Assembly: GCF_006345805.1 (NCBI RefSeq)
Contig: NC_043011.1
Coordinates: forward strand, 32,686,464-32,750,463
Length of the DNA: 64,000 nt
Direction: 5' to 3'
From: Octopus sinensis
Taxonomy: Eukaryota
In this document: positions 39,029 to 52,748 of the stretch, one piece after another
Position numbering within the stretch: the first letter of the stretch is position 1
Layout: the number at the start of each line of letters is the position of its first letter
Position numbers and translations under genes: made by a program
Notes under the pieces: model-generated
The model's database searches: none
What the model saw: the letters and a program-made list of their open reading frames with translations, nothing else
Told to the model about the DNA's origin: nothing

Positions 39029-40303
39029 TAGCAGCTTGTCTATAACACCTGAAGGAAATCACCCACCATTCAAAACACCTTCAGGATAATCATTACAAAA
39101 GCAGTAAATGCTCTTATACCATTACATAGCATGCAAGGTATCTTGTCTTCCAAATTCCAGCCAGGCCTTCTGTTCCCTTTACCAAGAGGTTAGGCTCAGG
39201 GTTTAACTGTGCAGAATCCTCTTATCCATCACTTCTTTATGAAGATGATTTATTAATGGGCTTTCTTGCTAAATATGTTTGTTTCCAATGTACATCACAA
39301 ATGCACACAACCCCATACTTGTAGAAATATTATCTCCAGAAATATTAGAAATATTATCTCCAGTTTGCCTTTCTGCTATGTATTTATTTTAAGTATGATA
39401 CACAGATGACCATTTTAATCTAATACTGTTTTTGAAGCACATAACAGACATTTATATAATCATCATCATTTAATGCCCATCTTCCACACTGGCATGGGTT
39501 GGATGGTTTGACTGGAGCTGGTAAGCCTGGGGACCATGCCAAGCTCCACTGTCTGTTTTGATATGGTTTTTACAGCTAACTAAATGCTCTTCCTAACGCC
39601 AACCACTTTACAGAGTGGACTGGGTGCTTTTTTATGTGACACCGACAACAGTGCCTTTGTGTCAATGTCCTCATTAATACTATTTTGTCTACATTTTTCA
39701 GTTAGCAAAAGTCCCCTTTTGGTGTGTGTGTGTGTAAGGTGTGGAATGAAAATACCCTGGTTTGTATAAAAATAGTATGGCTTTCAGACAGAAAGAGCAT
39801 CTGACCATAAAAAATAATAATACACCTCAGTAAGATTCATCTAACCCATGCCAGTATGTAAAAGTGGATGTTAAAACAAAGAAGCATTCAAGCATCTTGG
39901 GCTGTCTTCAGAAGAATGCTGATTAGCTAAGACACATCAGTACCTTAGCCCACAGATACTGTTTCTTCTACTACTTCTACCTATTAAAAAAAAAAATGCC
40001 AGAGGGTTTCCATTGATCTGATCAACAGGATATCCTGCTCATGAAATTAATGTGCAATTGCTGGGCACTCCGCAGAAACATATACCCTCAACATAGTTCT
40101 CAGGGGATTCAGTGTGGTACACCAAATGTGACAAGAGGCTGGCCCTTTGAATTACAACTACAACTCATTTTTGCCAGCTGAGTGGCCTGGAGAAACATGA
40201 AATAAAGTGTCCTGCTCAAGGACACAACACACTGCTGGGAATCGAACTCATGACCTTATGAGTGCCCAAACCACTAAGCCAAGTGCCTTCAGTACTTCTA
40301 CCC

Positions 40304-40359
<56 letters not shown>

Positions 40360-40383
40360 CACCACCACCACTACTACCACCAA

Positions 40384-40422
<39 letters not shown>

Positions 40423-40879
40423 AATGGCTGATGTGTCTTTGAACTAACAAACTCTGTACCGCTACCATGCAAGACACATGTTTTGCACAATCGCATTTCC
40501 TTTCATCACTGCTGCCCCACCTATCAAACACCTGTACAAAACGACATTTTGTCAGACCTTCATCGCCCCCCATCCCCGCCGCAAATTACATCTGGGTAGT
40601 TTTCATACCAACATCACATCATTCAACCCGTAAAAGTTTGAACATCATCAGCTTGAGTCATATATTGATATATTGAGTTCACCAAACGGGGAGAAACATG
40701 TTAAGATTATGGGTGCTACCCTTTCTCCTCTGATGAAACTATAAACAAAATATAAACATCAAATACACTCACACACACACACACACACACACACATGCAC
40801 ACACACATTTGTATTTATAGCTATCTATTGATTTGTCTATATATGTGTGTGGGTGTATGTATCCATGCGTGTATGGGTG

Positions 40880-40998
<119 letters not shown>

Positions 40999-41196
40999 TA
41001 TACATATATATACATATGTACATATATATATATATATATTATATATATATATATATATAGTTGATAAGTTGATAAAAGATTAGAGATCTATACAAATCAA
41101 ATTTTATATATAAAAGATGAAGGTGGAAAAAGCACAGAAGTAAGTCTAAAGACATTTCAGTTTAAGAAGAAATTTAACAAAACTTATATAAAGAAA

Positions 41197-41234
41197 ATAG
41201 TACCGGTTTCAATGTATCTCATCTTATCAAATAT
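41197..41234 (-). ncRNA. Hammerhead-like motif with U3-A8 core (TTGATAA)
   Basis: Minus strand atat TTGATAA gatg agata catt GAAA ccgg TA ctat. 4-bp stem II, palindromic ACCGGT stem III, first stem I pair mismatched. Confidence 0.4.
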
Positions 41235-41629
41235 CAGTAAAAAATTTATAAAGATTTGAAGTAAAATCAGTTTATCTTCTGTTTGGAGTCGAGAACATAT
41301 ATATGAATAAATATAACGAGAAGCAAGTTGGGCAGGTCAGTTTGCCCAGAATATTAAGTAGATTTAATAGAAAAAATGTACATGTGTATGGATATAAAAT
41401 TATCCAACATGCAGAATATAAATGTTATCAGGAGTTAAAAGGGTACAGTTTTATGAGTCCAACAGCTGTTTCTGTGGGCTTAGTGGTCTGGAATAATAAT
41501 AGTTACTAGGCTCTATTATCAGATAACACTGCTTCCATCTTCAGGGGAGAATTTTACATTGGACAATCTGACATTTGAGTTATTGACAGAATGGATTTTA
41601 AAAATATACATATATATTATATGTAAGTA

Positions 41630-41777
<148 letters not shown>

Positions 41778-42306
41778 ATCGACCAGACTGTCAGATGTTG
41801 TTATGCATTGTTTTAGCCTTCAAATGATGCCACTCTGCTGGCTAGGTGAGCAGGCCAACACTTCCTCCAACCTGCCAATCAAAAAAGGGACTAGAGCAAC
41901 ATGGAGTGAAGTGTTTTGCTCAAGAACACAATACGCTGCCTAGAACTGAAAATCGAACTACCTGGTAGCACATTGTGTCCTTGAGCTAGGAACCTTATTT
42001 CATGTTGCTCCAATTCACTGAGTTGTACCTGTATTTCAAAGGACCAGCCTTGTCAGACACAAAGTCTGGAATTTGTGGGAGGAGGACCCAGTACTCAACT
42101 GGTACTTATTTTATCAACCTCAGGACTCAACTGTTACTTATTTTATCAAGCCTGAAAGAGAATGAAAGGCAAAGTCAGCCTCGGCAGAATTTGATGTCAG
42201 AATGTAAAGGCAGTTGAAATACTACTAAGCTTTTCTTTTGCATGTGCTAACAATTCTGCTAGCTTGCCACCTTAATTGCATAATGCAATTAAAAGTAAAT
42301 TTAAAT

Positions 42307-42820
42307 ACAGGCATGGCTGTGTGATTAAGAAGTTTGTTTCCTAATCATGTGATCTTGGGTTCAGTCCCACTGTGTGGAACCTTCAGCAAGTGTTTCTACT
42401 ATAGCCTGGAGCCAGCCAAATCTTTGTGAAAGAATCTGTGTATGGTAAGAAGCTTACTTCCCAACCACATCTTTCAAGTTTCAGTCCCACTGCATGGTAC
42501 CTTGGGCAAGTATCTTCTACTACAGCCTCAGTGGATCTGGTAGAAAGAAACTGAAAGAAGCCTGTCATATGTGAGTGTGTGTGTGTGTGTTTGTTTGTAG
42601 TTGTGTGTGTGTTTGTGTGTTTGTCCTCTCATCACCATTTGACAACCGGTGTTGGTGTGTTTACATCCCTGTAACTTAGCAGTTCAACAAAAGAGACCAA
42701 TAGAATAAGTACTAGTACTAGGCTTAAAAAAAAACGTCCTGGGGTTGATTTGTTCAACTAAAACCTTTTAAGGCTGTGTTCCAACATGGCCACAGTCAAA
42801 TGACTGAAACAAATAAAAGA
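42307..42820 (+). mobile_element. S1 SINE (older, duplicated head)
   Basis: Two tandem head segments followed by body and tail. Confidence 0.75.
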
Positions 42821-43279
42821 GTAACACAGTATATGTGCATATATGTATATATATGTGTGTGTGTGTGCATATGCACATGTGTATGTGTGCATGGGTGTGT
42901 GTGCATGTGTTTGTGTGTGTGTGTGCGTGTGTGCATGGGTGTGTGTGTGCGTGTGTTCGTGTATGTGTGTGTGTGCTTGAGTTTGTGCACCTTGATATCT
43001 TGTGATAGTCGTAAATCAGTATTAATATCATATAAGCCCTGTTATTTGATTCCAATTTTCCTTCAAAATGTGTCCAGTCATGGAGAAATATTATCTTGCT
43101 TGGAAGCAAATGAGGGTGATGACACGAAGAGCATCCACCTACAGAAAACCTGTGTCGACAAATTCCATCTAACCCACACATGTATTGTAAAGCATACTTT
43201 CAAAGAACAAATATGATGATCCTTCCAGATGACTTTTGCGGACCACCTTCTGGACCTGAGCTACACATCACTGATTTAA

Positions 43280-43680
43280 CCCTCTAACATTTAAAACAGT
43301 AATATCTGGCCCAAAATATTCTGTATGTTCTATGTTTGAACTGGTCAGCTCTGACCTTTCACACCTACTCTACTATGTCATTCTAAAAATTGACAATCAC
43401 ATTATCAAAATCTCAAAGCTACAGAATAATGCTTTTTAATTCAAAACGATGTGAATAAATAAGCATCACATTTAACAGAGTAACCTGAATGCTAAAGATT
43501 AAACCCATTAGCATTTAAGCTGGCCAGATCTGGCCTCTTGTACCTTCCCTACAACATCATTCTAAAAAGTAATAATTACATCATTGAAATCTTGAAGCTA
43601 CAGGATTTATGCATGATTAATTCAAAACAATATTATTTAATAAGTATTACATTTGACAGAATAATCTCTATGTTAAATGG
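43280..43680. mobile_element. Two tandem piggyBac-like family B MITEs
   Basis: TTAA|ccctctaacatt...aatgctaaaga|TTAA then cccattagcatt...atgttaaatgg|TTAA. Confidence 0.7.
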
Positions 43681-43814
43681 TTAAATCCTATAAGAGCATT
43701 TTGACACATTGCATGCAAAAATATAAAATAATCTGATGAAACAAATAGATATTTGAATATTTTTAGTGTATAAATATAAATAAGTTAAGCAACAGAAAAT
43801 TTTGTTCAATATAT

Positions 43815-44220
43815 AGGCGCAGGAGTGGCTGTGTGGTAAGTAGCTTGCTTACCAACCACATGGTTCTGGGTTCAGTCCCACTGCATGGCATCTTGGCAAG
43901 TGTCTTCTACTATAGCCTCAGGCTGACTAAAGCCTTGTGAGTAGATTTGGTAGATGGAAACTGAATGAAGTCTGTTGTATATATGTATATGCATATATGT
44001 GTGTGTGTTTGTGTGTCTGTGTTTGTCCTCCTAACATCGCTTGACAACCGGTGCTGGTGTGTTTACGTCCCCGTAACTTAGCAGTTTGGCCGAAAGAGAC
44101 TGATAGAATAAGTACTAGGCTTACAAAGAATAAGTCCTGGGGTCGATTTGTTTGACTAAAGGCGGTGCTCCAGCATGGCCATGAGTCAAATGACTGAAAC
44201 AAGTAAAAGAGTAAAAGAGC
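43815..44220 (+). mobile_element. S1 SINE (full length)
   Basis: taggcgcaggagtggctgtgtggtaag ... gaaacaagtaaaagagtaaaagag. Confidence 0.9.
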
Positions 44221-44540
44221 ATATGAAAAATAGTCATCAAGATTTATATTTAGAATTTCATTTTTATAGTTTTCACATTTTTAGAAAATATAATAATTTT
44301 AATTTCATAGTGTGCTTAGCAACAGTGAAGGCACATGGCTTAGATTGTAAGGTCGGTAGTTTGATTACTAGTGGCGTGCTGTGTTCTTTAACAAGATACT
44401 AATTTCATTGTTGCTCCAGTTCAGTCAACTGGTAAAAATTAGTTGAACCTGTAGTTCAAAGACCAGCCCTGTCTCATTTGGTTTGTCACCCTGGATCTCC
44501 CTGAGAACTACATTAAGAGTACATGTGTTTATGTACATTA

Positions 44541-44827
44541 TTCACATTAATTACATTAATTACATTCAACGGATATTTGTCCTCATCTTGTTTGTTGTTA
44601 ACACAACGTTTTGGCTGATATACCCTCCAGCCTTCTTCAGGTACCTTGGGGAAATTTCAAACCTGGGTTCTCATTCCTAAGGTATTTTTCGATGTTGTTG
44701 TTATTATTATTAATATTATTATTATTATTATTATTGTTATTATTGTTAGTGTTCAGGTCACTGCTTGGAATCGAACTCGGAATCTTGGAGTTAGTAGCCT
44801 GAACTTTTAACCACCATGCCATATGCC
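44541..44827 (-). mobile_element. tRNA-headed SINE-like element with (AAT)n core and hammerhead-type 3' segment
   Basis: A box ggcatggtggttaa and B box gagttcgattcc, then (AAT)n, then gtac CTGAAGA a ggctg-gagggtatat-cagcc AAAA cg TT gtgt (44601-44645), then an (aatgta)-type tail. Confidence 0.55.
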
Positions 44828-45588
44828 CGTTTTAAATATAGAACTGCATGTGTTTATGTGTTTATGGAGTACTCAGTCTCTTGCTCATTAATTTCATGAA
44901 CAAGCTGTTCTGTTGGTTGAATCAACTGGAACACGTGTCATCATAACTGACGGAGTACCCAACCACTTGGTTACATTTTACGCACAAGTGTACCACAGTA
45001 TGTACTGTTTGAGAGCCAATGTGATTAGAGTAGAGGTTTTGAGGGAGATTTGACTGCTATATTTAATAGGTTGAATGATATATAAAGTAGTGACTCACAG
45101 TTCTTGAGAACACATTCTTCGTGGTAATGGCGATTTGACATCTATGTTTAGCATATAGGGTGTCCACTTTAGTGGTCATTCCTCTTAATTTTGTATATAT
45201 ATATATATGATGATGGACTTTCCTGCGAAAGACAACATATGAATGTTCAGCTTTTTTTGTTGAATGACCTGTATAAATGATGTGTATCAAATGTATGTGT
45301 TGTACATTAGCTCACTTCCTCAGACAAAGCAACGTTACCTGAACAGGTGCTCGGTGTACCACGTGTCAGGTGTTGAAGAGATTGTAAAGCAACAAGAGAT
45401 GAAGTGTTTTGCTCAACAACGCAACACACAACCTGGTCTAGGATTTGAAATTATGATCTCATGATTGTGAGTGCAGCACCCTAACAACTAGGCTATGCAC
45501 CTTCATATGTATGTATGTGTGTGTGTGTATATTATGGAGATGTACTTGCATAGCAAGTGACCTGATCTGAGATCGTGTGCTGGAACAA

Positions 45589-45872
45589 AAACAATTGCAG
45601 CGTGGTAGGTGTTTATAAGCCATTTAAGAAACACACAAAAACTGATAGATTTACTTCAACATTTAAATTTAATTTGTCGAAATATTTTCATCGCTTTGAG
45701 ACCGTGACCTGTTCACTGACAATTTTGTTCACGCAATTTTGTCAGTGAACAGGTCGTGGTCTCAAAGTGACGAAAATATTTTGACAAATCAAATTTTAAT
45801 GTTGAAGTGAATCGAACAGGTTTTGTGTGTTTCTTAAATTGCTTATAAACACCTTCCACACTACAATTGTTT
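45589..45872. repeat. ~285 bp imperfect palindrome with hammerhead-like arms
   Basis: Arms pair around the spacer at 45723-45738 (ctgacaa ... ttgtcag). Confidence 0.85.
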
Positions 45873-46621
45873 ATATATAGAGAAATATATTTGACAAGAT
45901 TACAGTTTCCATCTACCAGGACTACAGTAGAAGACACTTACCTAAAGTAGAACTGAACTCAAGACTGCATGGTTGAAATGCAAACTTCTTAACCACCTAT
46001 CTGTCTGTCCATGTCATTAGCTTCTGTTGTTAAGCAGTCTTGTGTCATCATTGTTTTAACATCCAATTTTCCATGTTTGCATGGGTCAGACAGTATTTAC
46101 TTAGGCAGGTTTTCTATGGCTAAATGTCCTTCGTGTTACTACGAAGTCTTGTATATAACAAAATTATGAATAATTAATTCTATATCGATTTTTCAAAGAA
46201 CTTAAATTATATCTTTAAACATCTGTTGTACTCCATGATACATCTGGATGTTCACCATTTGAGATCCATTGATACAGAAGTCCCCATTTTTGGCTGGAAT
46301 GTTTAAGAGTGAAAAGATATGGCAGAAGTCAAAGCTTTAAACTTTAAAATTGTAGGTTATCTAATTGTCCAGTTAATGTTGTAGAAGCAAAATCATAAAA
46401 TGTGGTCCACAGAAATCTTACCATGTACTTAAACATGTCTCTTTTGAGAGAACTCCTGTGGGATTGCTCTACATGTGAGAAATAGCAGACAAACCACACT
46501 CAAGTTACTTCATATTCAACTGTTGAAATATGCTGCCTTTATTTCAAATAATTTCAAAAATAATGGAAAATTTAATAAAACAACTTTGCTATTATTAAGC
46601 TGGTGTTTGAAACAAAAATTA

Positions 46622-47050
46622 ACAGCTGTGTGGTAAGTTGTTTGCTTACCAACCACATGGTTCCGGGTTCAGTCCCACTGCTTGGCACCTTGGGCAAGTG
46701 TCTTCTACTATAGCATCGGGCCGACCAAAGCCTTGTGAGTGGATTTGGTAGTTGGTAACACACACATTAAGTATATGCGGTTGGTAAGATATGTGCACGT
46801 GTGTGTATGTGTGTGTTTTCATCTCTGTTTGACGCCCATTATCGCTTGACAACCAATAATTGGTTTGTTTATGTCCCCACAACTTAGCTAGTTTGGCAAA
46901 AGGGAGAGAGATAGAATAAGTACACCAGGGTTTAATCAATAAGTACTGGGGTTCGATTTGTTTGAGTAAAACCCTTCAAGGGGCTGCCCCCCCCCCACAC
47001 ACACACCACACATGGCTGCAGTTTAAAGAATGAAATGAATAGAATATAAA
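46622..47050 (+). mobile_element. S1 SINE (diverged)
   Basis: Head, body and degenerate tail recognisable. Confidence 0.75.
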
Positions 47051-47385
47051 AGATGAAATGATTTTCGATGGATTGGTATGGAATTCCTTTAACACTTCCA
47101 GAATGTACATAATCTAAACATTTATTGATTCCAACTCAAAGAAACTTTGGTAATTCTTACTAATTGGTAAGTGGAGGGATGGCTTTGAGGTTAAGAAGCT
47201 CACTGTCTAACTATATGGTTTTGGGTTCAGTCCCACTCCACAGCACCTTGGGCAAGTGTCGTCTACTACAACCCCTGGCCGACAAAGCCTTGTGAGTAGA
47301 TGTCCAGCCATGGGGGAAATATCACCTTGCTTGGAAACAGGTGAGGGTTGGTGACAGGAAGGGTATCCACTCATGGAAAATTACT

Positions 47386-47622
47386 GATGATGATGCTGAC
47401 GATGATGCTGATGGTGATGATGGTGGTGGTGATGTTGGCAATGCTGATGATGTTGATGCTGAGGAAGATGATGACGATAGTGATGCTGACGATGCTGATG
47501 GGGATGTTGATGGTGATGATGATGATACTGGCACTGATGATGTCAATGACGATGCTGATGACGATGGTAATGGTGATGGTGGTGATGTTGGCGATGATGG
47601 TGATGATGATGATGATGATGCT
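47386..47622. repeat. Degenerate (GAT/GCT/GGT)n tract
   Basis: Direct reading; adjacent to an RTE-like repeat end. Confidence 0.85.
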
Positions 47623-48244
47623 GTCTCAGCAAAGTCAACCAGATCCCCCTTCATTGTCGCTTTCACATGAAGCAATATGACAGACTGTTTCATTGGATAA
47701 TAAGTACTTTGTTTTGACAACTCTTAAGCTCTCAATGACAGTCTCTTGATCATACACATTTGATCCGACCTGTTTATATATAATATATTTGCCAATGTAA
47801 TTGATAGATTCTTACACTGTAGACAACTCTTTATGAATCTCATACTTGAGTCTACATAGGGTATTTATTGTTTCGTCAACACCGGTGTTTGGGTTTCTAA
47901 ATCTTAGTTCATGAGTTTTCATTTACAGCATATGACAAATGCCTTCTGTAAGTAGAATAATTATTGGAGTAATGCCAGAACTCACAAACCAGTGATAGAA
48001 CCACTATGTGGTCAGACAACACTCTAGAAGTAGCAGCCAAATCTCCCTCAAATCAGACCCTACCATCTTCAGAAAAAAAAAATGAGAAAACAATAGAAAA
48101 GTGCTTATTGAATAAAGTAGTCTTTGATAACCCAAAAAAGACAGGATGGTCATGGTTGGAATGCTTTTGATCTTGGTTATGGTTGGAATTCTTTTGATCA
48201 TATGTTTGTTCAGTCAAGGATGACCTGGGACTTTGATGGCCATT

Positions 48245-49985
48245 TGCTCCAAAATAAATTGTGGATTTAATGGATAGAAATAATTGTTGGATTAGTTACG
48301 AGGGCAGAAATATTGACCAGGCAACCGTATCAATATTTTCTGGTTTTGTTAGCTTTCTGCCATAATTTCATGGGAGTCCCATTCATCTGTGGCTATGTAT
48401 GTCTTTAAACTTCACTAAAATATGATGTTTCATCAAGTCATTTTATGAGACTACATTCTTGTGGTCTTGAAGATTCCAGCATTAAAAAAATAGAGCCTGT
48501 TAATAAGATACATTCTTTCTTGTGTGTCCTTGCTCTTGAACTTGTAAATACAATATAGTAGATGGCTTTCCTCAAATGTTTCACTGGATTCATTAGCCCA
48601 GTTATCCCATTATTTATGGCCTAACAATAGATAATGGGATAACACACAGCATTTTTGCTCCTCTCCATGCATCTCTTTATAGTGGAAATGGTTGACTTGC
48701 TAAAGCTGTTAGTAAGAATTACCTCAGTTCCATTATGTTGACATCCATAAATGTTTAGGTTGATTTAGTATTGTACAGTTAAGGCTATAAGCTAAGCAAG
48801 AATGTTTATTCCAGGTGGGCTAAATGATTGCTGCTCGCCCACCAAATATGGTAAATTTTCTTTATAGTAATTCTATTTTTATTGTGAAGTAAAAATTTTT
48901 AGGTTGGATTTAATTATCTTCAAGTGGCGCTAAAAATATTCAACCCTTCATGTTCATCAATGGCTAATGCAGCCAATGCAGACCGGAGCTTTAGTTTCGT
49001 GCGTTTCATGATAACATCCCCTCATACCTGGAAACTGTATAAATAATCCACGTGTATCTTCTGTATTAGTTCTGTGAAGACCATTTTGTTACCCATCTGT
49101 ATCTTCAGAGCAGCATATAGGGAAGAGAAGCATTGAATTCATAGCAAACACTGATTCTTTCAATCCTTATATCTCTGCTATGATATTTCCCACAATTATT
49201 CTTAGAATTATTGCAACTGTCTTTGATTCAAGATTTGAAATGTGCAACAGCAGCCTTCAAGGCTTTGTCAGAATGAAGGACAATCTGAAAATTGTGTGCA
49301 TCAGGAAGCTCAATAGCTACTTTGAAGCTGGCAATTTAACTGTTGAATTTGTAGATCTCGCAAAATGTAATGATTAGGTTTCAGTCTCAGTTTAGTTTGA
49401 AGTTTATCATCAGATTCTTAAAAGTAAAACTGAGCAAACTTTATCCTCTTGATCTTGCCTTATAGTAACAGAAACTGAAGTTTGTGTTTCCTTGAACTTT
49501 CAACACAGATTGAGTCGCAGAATAAACATAAACAACACTGCAAATCAAGAATGTTCTAAAATCCAAAGAATTTTATACTTCCTAAACTTTTTTCCTTTAA
49601 ACAATGGCCAAGGATCAGCGCTGTTTAAGTACTTCCTGAGTTTGGGTGTAGTGTGTGCCAGTGGATCAACACTGACCTTTCCTTTGCAGCAACAAAGAAT
49701 CTTTGATTTAGCCTTCCATTTGTAATTCTTTAAGTGTCCATAAATTTGGAAATGTCCACATCAATGATCTTGTCCAGTTGAAAGAAATTTCAGATGACAG
49801 AATTGCATGAATCAGTTGTCTTTGTTGCAGTTGCTTTCATTTGTCCTCAATTTGTTCCAAATGGCTGCTCTTTTATCCTGCAGTTTCTCTGCCTCTTCTA
49901 GTCCGTTCCTTCTGAGATTGTGTGAAGCATCGCTCTCTTTTCGACTGAAATATTTCTTTAGTCTTTCTCTCCGTTGACATAGAAC
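48245..49985 (-). mobile_element. Decayed autonomous Helitron fragment (N-terminal, zinc-finger-like and Rep regions; many stops and frameshifts)
   Basis: Minus-strand pieces in Helitron order: basic RRERLKKY..., CGHF...ILCCCKGKVSVDPL (49675-49750), VLKVQG, KFAQFYF (49421-49442), RDIRI, KLRS, NDLMKHHI, EW..GLP (motif EWQKRGLPH with deletion, about 48370-48385), KLTKPENIDTV (about 48322-48355). Confidence 0.7.
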
Positions 49986-50424
49986 AGTACACAATAAGAC
50001 AATCACAGATACATATGCACATATACACACACACAAACACACACACACACATGAAAAGATAGATACGTTCATATGTATGTATGAGCATATATGAATGTGT
50101 GTATATGTATGTATGTGTGCATATGTGTGCCTATACTTATACCATGCATACATATATACATATGTGTGTGTGTGTGTATGTATATATATATATATATATA
50201 AATGATAGAATTTTAAAGACATGCAGGTTAATAGCAAACAAAGGGTGTGGAAGCCAAGTAACACAGGGTATTGAATTCCAATGGGATGCTTTTCCATTGA
50301 AGAAGAAAATTGGTTATTATGGGATCTACATCCTCCAAATGCTTTACTAATTAAGCTACAAAGACTTACCAAATTCCTGTTTTGTTCTTTTATATATATA
50401 TATTATATATATATATATATATAA

Positions 50425-50498
<74 letters not shown>

Positions 50499-52717
50499 CA
50501 TACATATAACTAATCACTTCTATAAGTGCCTCATTCAAAGAATTCCATTTCACTGAATAAATGCAATAATGAATGTTCCTCGAAGAGCAAAGCTTAAAAC
50601 AACATTAATGATCTATTTCTCCCTCACTCTATAATTGTTCATGGTGCTGAAGTTGTTGAGGAACCCTCCCACCTACTCTGGCATACCTCATCTCTCCTCG
50701 GGCAGACTAATAGCAAGGAACCGGTTAATTCAATGCTTAGGAGTCAAGCAATAAACCCCAACATATTTCGTATCCTCTGGATTGGTTTGAGCCAAACTTT
50801 AGCAATGCAACCTTCGCTTTTAGTTGTAACCGTCTTATCACTATTTGGAAACATTCTGTTCTTAGATTTAGGACCTAGGTTTGAGCTTTTAAGCTGGTCA
50901 TATCTGGCCAGAATATTCTACCTGTTCTATGTTCAAACAGGTCAGATCTAGTCTTTGACACCTACCTTAAAATGTCATTCTAAAAATAAAGAATCATATG
51001 ACTGAAATTTTGAAGCTTTGACATTATACAGAATTAATTCAAAACAATGTGAATAAATAAGAATTACATTTGATAGAGTAATCTGAATACTGAAGGGTTA
51101 AGTAATCTGAATACTGAAGGGTTAAGGCATATGGTTCCTATGGACTAAGTTCCTGGAGGCAGAGCAAATTTAGCGCTTAGGGTCCACCTGTAAACTCAAC
51201 ATATTCAATATGCAGAGGATTGGTTTATCCAAATTTTAGCATGCAACCTCGTTTTAGTTGTGACCATTTTATCTTCATTATATGACATGTTGCCCTATAA
51301 TTTAGTACTTGAAAAAAAAAATATGCGGTTCCCATTTTAAAGACTGCATGGAGTTCTTGCAGATGTGTATAGTCTCAGGTCATCCTTGGTTAAACAGTTC
51401 CATACAATGTCAGTTGGTAGAACTTATGAACCCTCCTCCACCCCACCAACTTCCCAGTTTAAAACCAGTTCCTGAGCCCTTGGGTGAATTAGCAAACTTC
51501 CCTCTGTTGCAAGTATCAAAGCTGGGTCTCTAATCTGAAAATGATTTACTATCTTCATGTGTTGCTACCTATGGCAGCAACCTGTGAGTTGCACTTTCTA
51601 CCGGCCTTTGTCCCCACCAATTTTAGGGGGTTGGAGTAGGGCTTCAGAAGTCATAGACATTATCATTTCTCCTCAGTCTAAACTCTAAAGGACAAATTAG
51701 TTAGTTGAAAGACCAGATGTGAAAGTAGCCAAGGAGAGTTCTATATATTCCGACATGCATGGGTTAATTGTAATGGATGTAGCACAGGTTCTTTGACATA
51801 AACTTATTGTTTTAAAGTGATCTATATTATAATCTTCCATCAAAGTTTTATGCTTATTTGTTCCAGATCCCAACTTAATAATCAGAAAGTTATTTTACTA
51901 AATTCTTCATTATCTTAAAAATTAATTGAAAGAAAGGCAGCATATATTGAGAGAAATGTGGTAACAAAAAAGGTTAATCCTACGTCAGCACTGGTCAAGT
52001 TGACCTATAATCAAGACATTCCAGTTATGGCAAATCCTATTCTTGAGGCACCTAGGTGTTATGTTATCTAATGTATTATTCCTTTTTTCATACTGTATGA
52101 TGTAATTTGATGGCATTTGGTTGTTATTTCTAACATGTAGAGCAGAAGCACAAAGGCAACTATGCCTAGAGATTCTGTTAATGGCCACAGTGGGGAGGCA
52201 TGCTATGTGAACTCAGAAAGCGGTATTTGCTACCTCCTAGGCTGCAAGTTCAATCTCTACATTTTCTGAAATCCTATTTTTGGCACCACCATGCTGTCGT
52301 TTAACCCTAAAGTCAACCATAATCAAAGCTACTCCATCCATGGCTATTCCATCTGTTACTACATTTACTGAAATCCTATTTTTGGCACCTCTATGTTGTC
52401 ATTGTTTAACCCTGAAGTCAACCATAATCAAAGCTGCTCCATCCATGGCTATCCCATCTGTTATTCAGGACTACATTATCTAATCCAGCCTTCCCTGACT
52501 GAGACATCATTGTGTGTTTTGGGAAATAGATTTGACTAATTTTTCCTAGCCATAGGCATCAGTACAAATGTCAATTTTCATAATATTAAAAGTGTGATGA
52601 AAGCTGTTGCCAAATGACTTTATAACACTGACCTAATTACCTAGAATGACCACTTCCTCGCTCCATCACAAATTGTCCTCATAGCACTCTCTATCTATCT
52701 ATCTGTTCGCCTCTCAC

Positions 52718-52748
<31 letters not shown>

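Noticed and set aside
48130-48240. Apparent continuation of the Helitron frame (KAFQP, GYQR)
   Set aside because: This segment is a copy of the short interspersed repeat also seen near 16310, 32870 and 51980, so the Helitron boundary was set at about 48245.
49812-50372. 186-aa minus-strand ORF as a host gene
   Set aside because: Its N-terminal two thirds are microsatellite-derived and the remainder is the basic N-terminus of the decayed Helitron.
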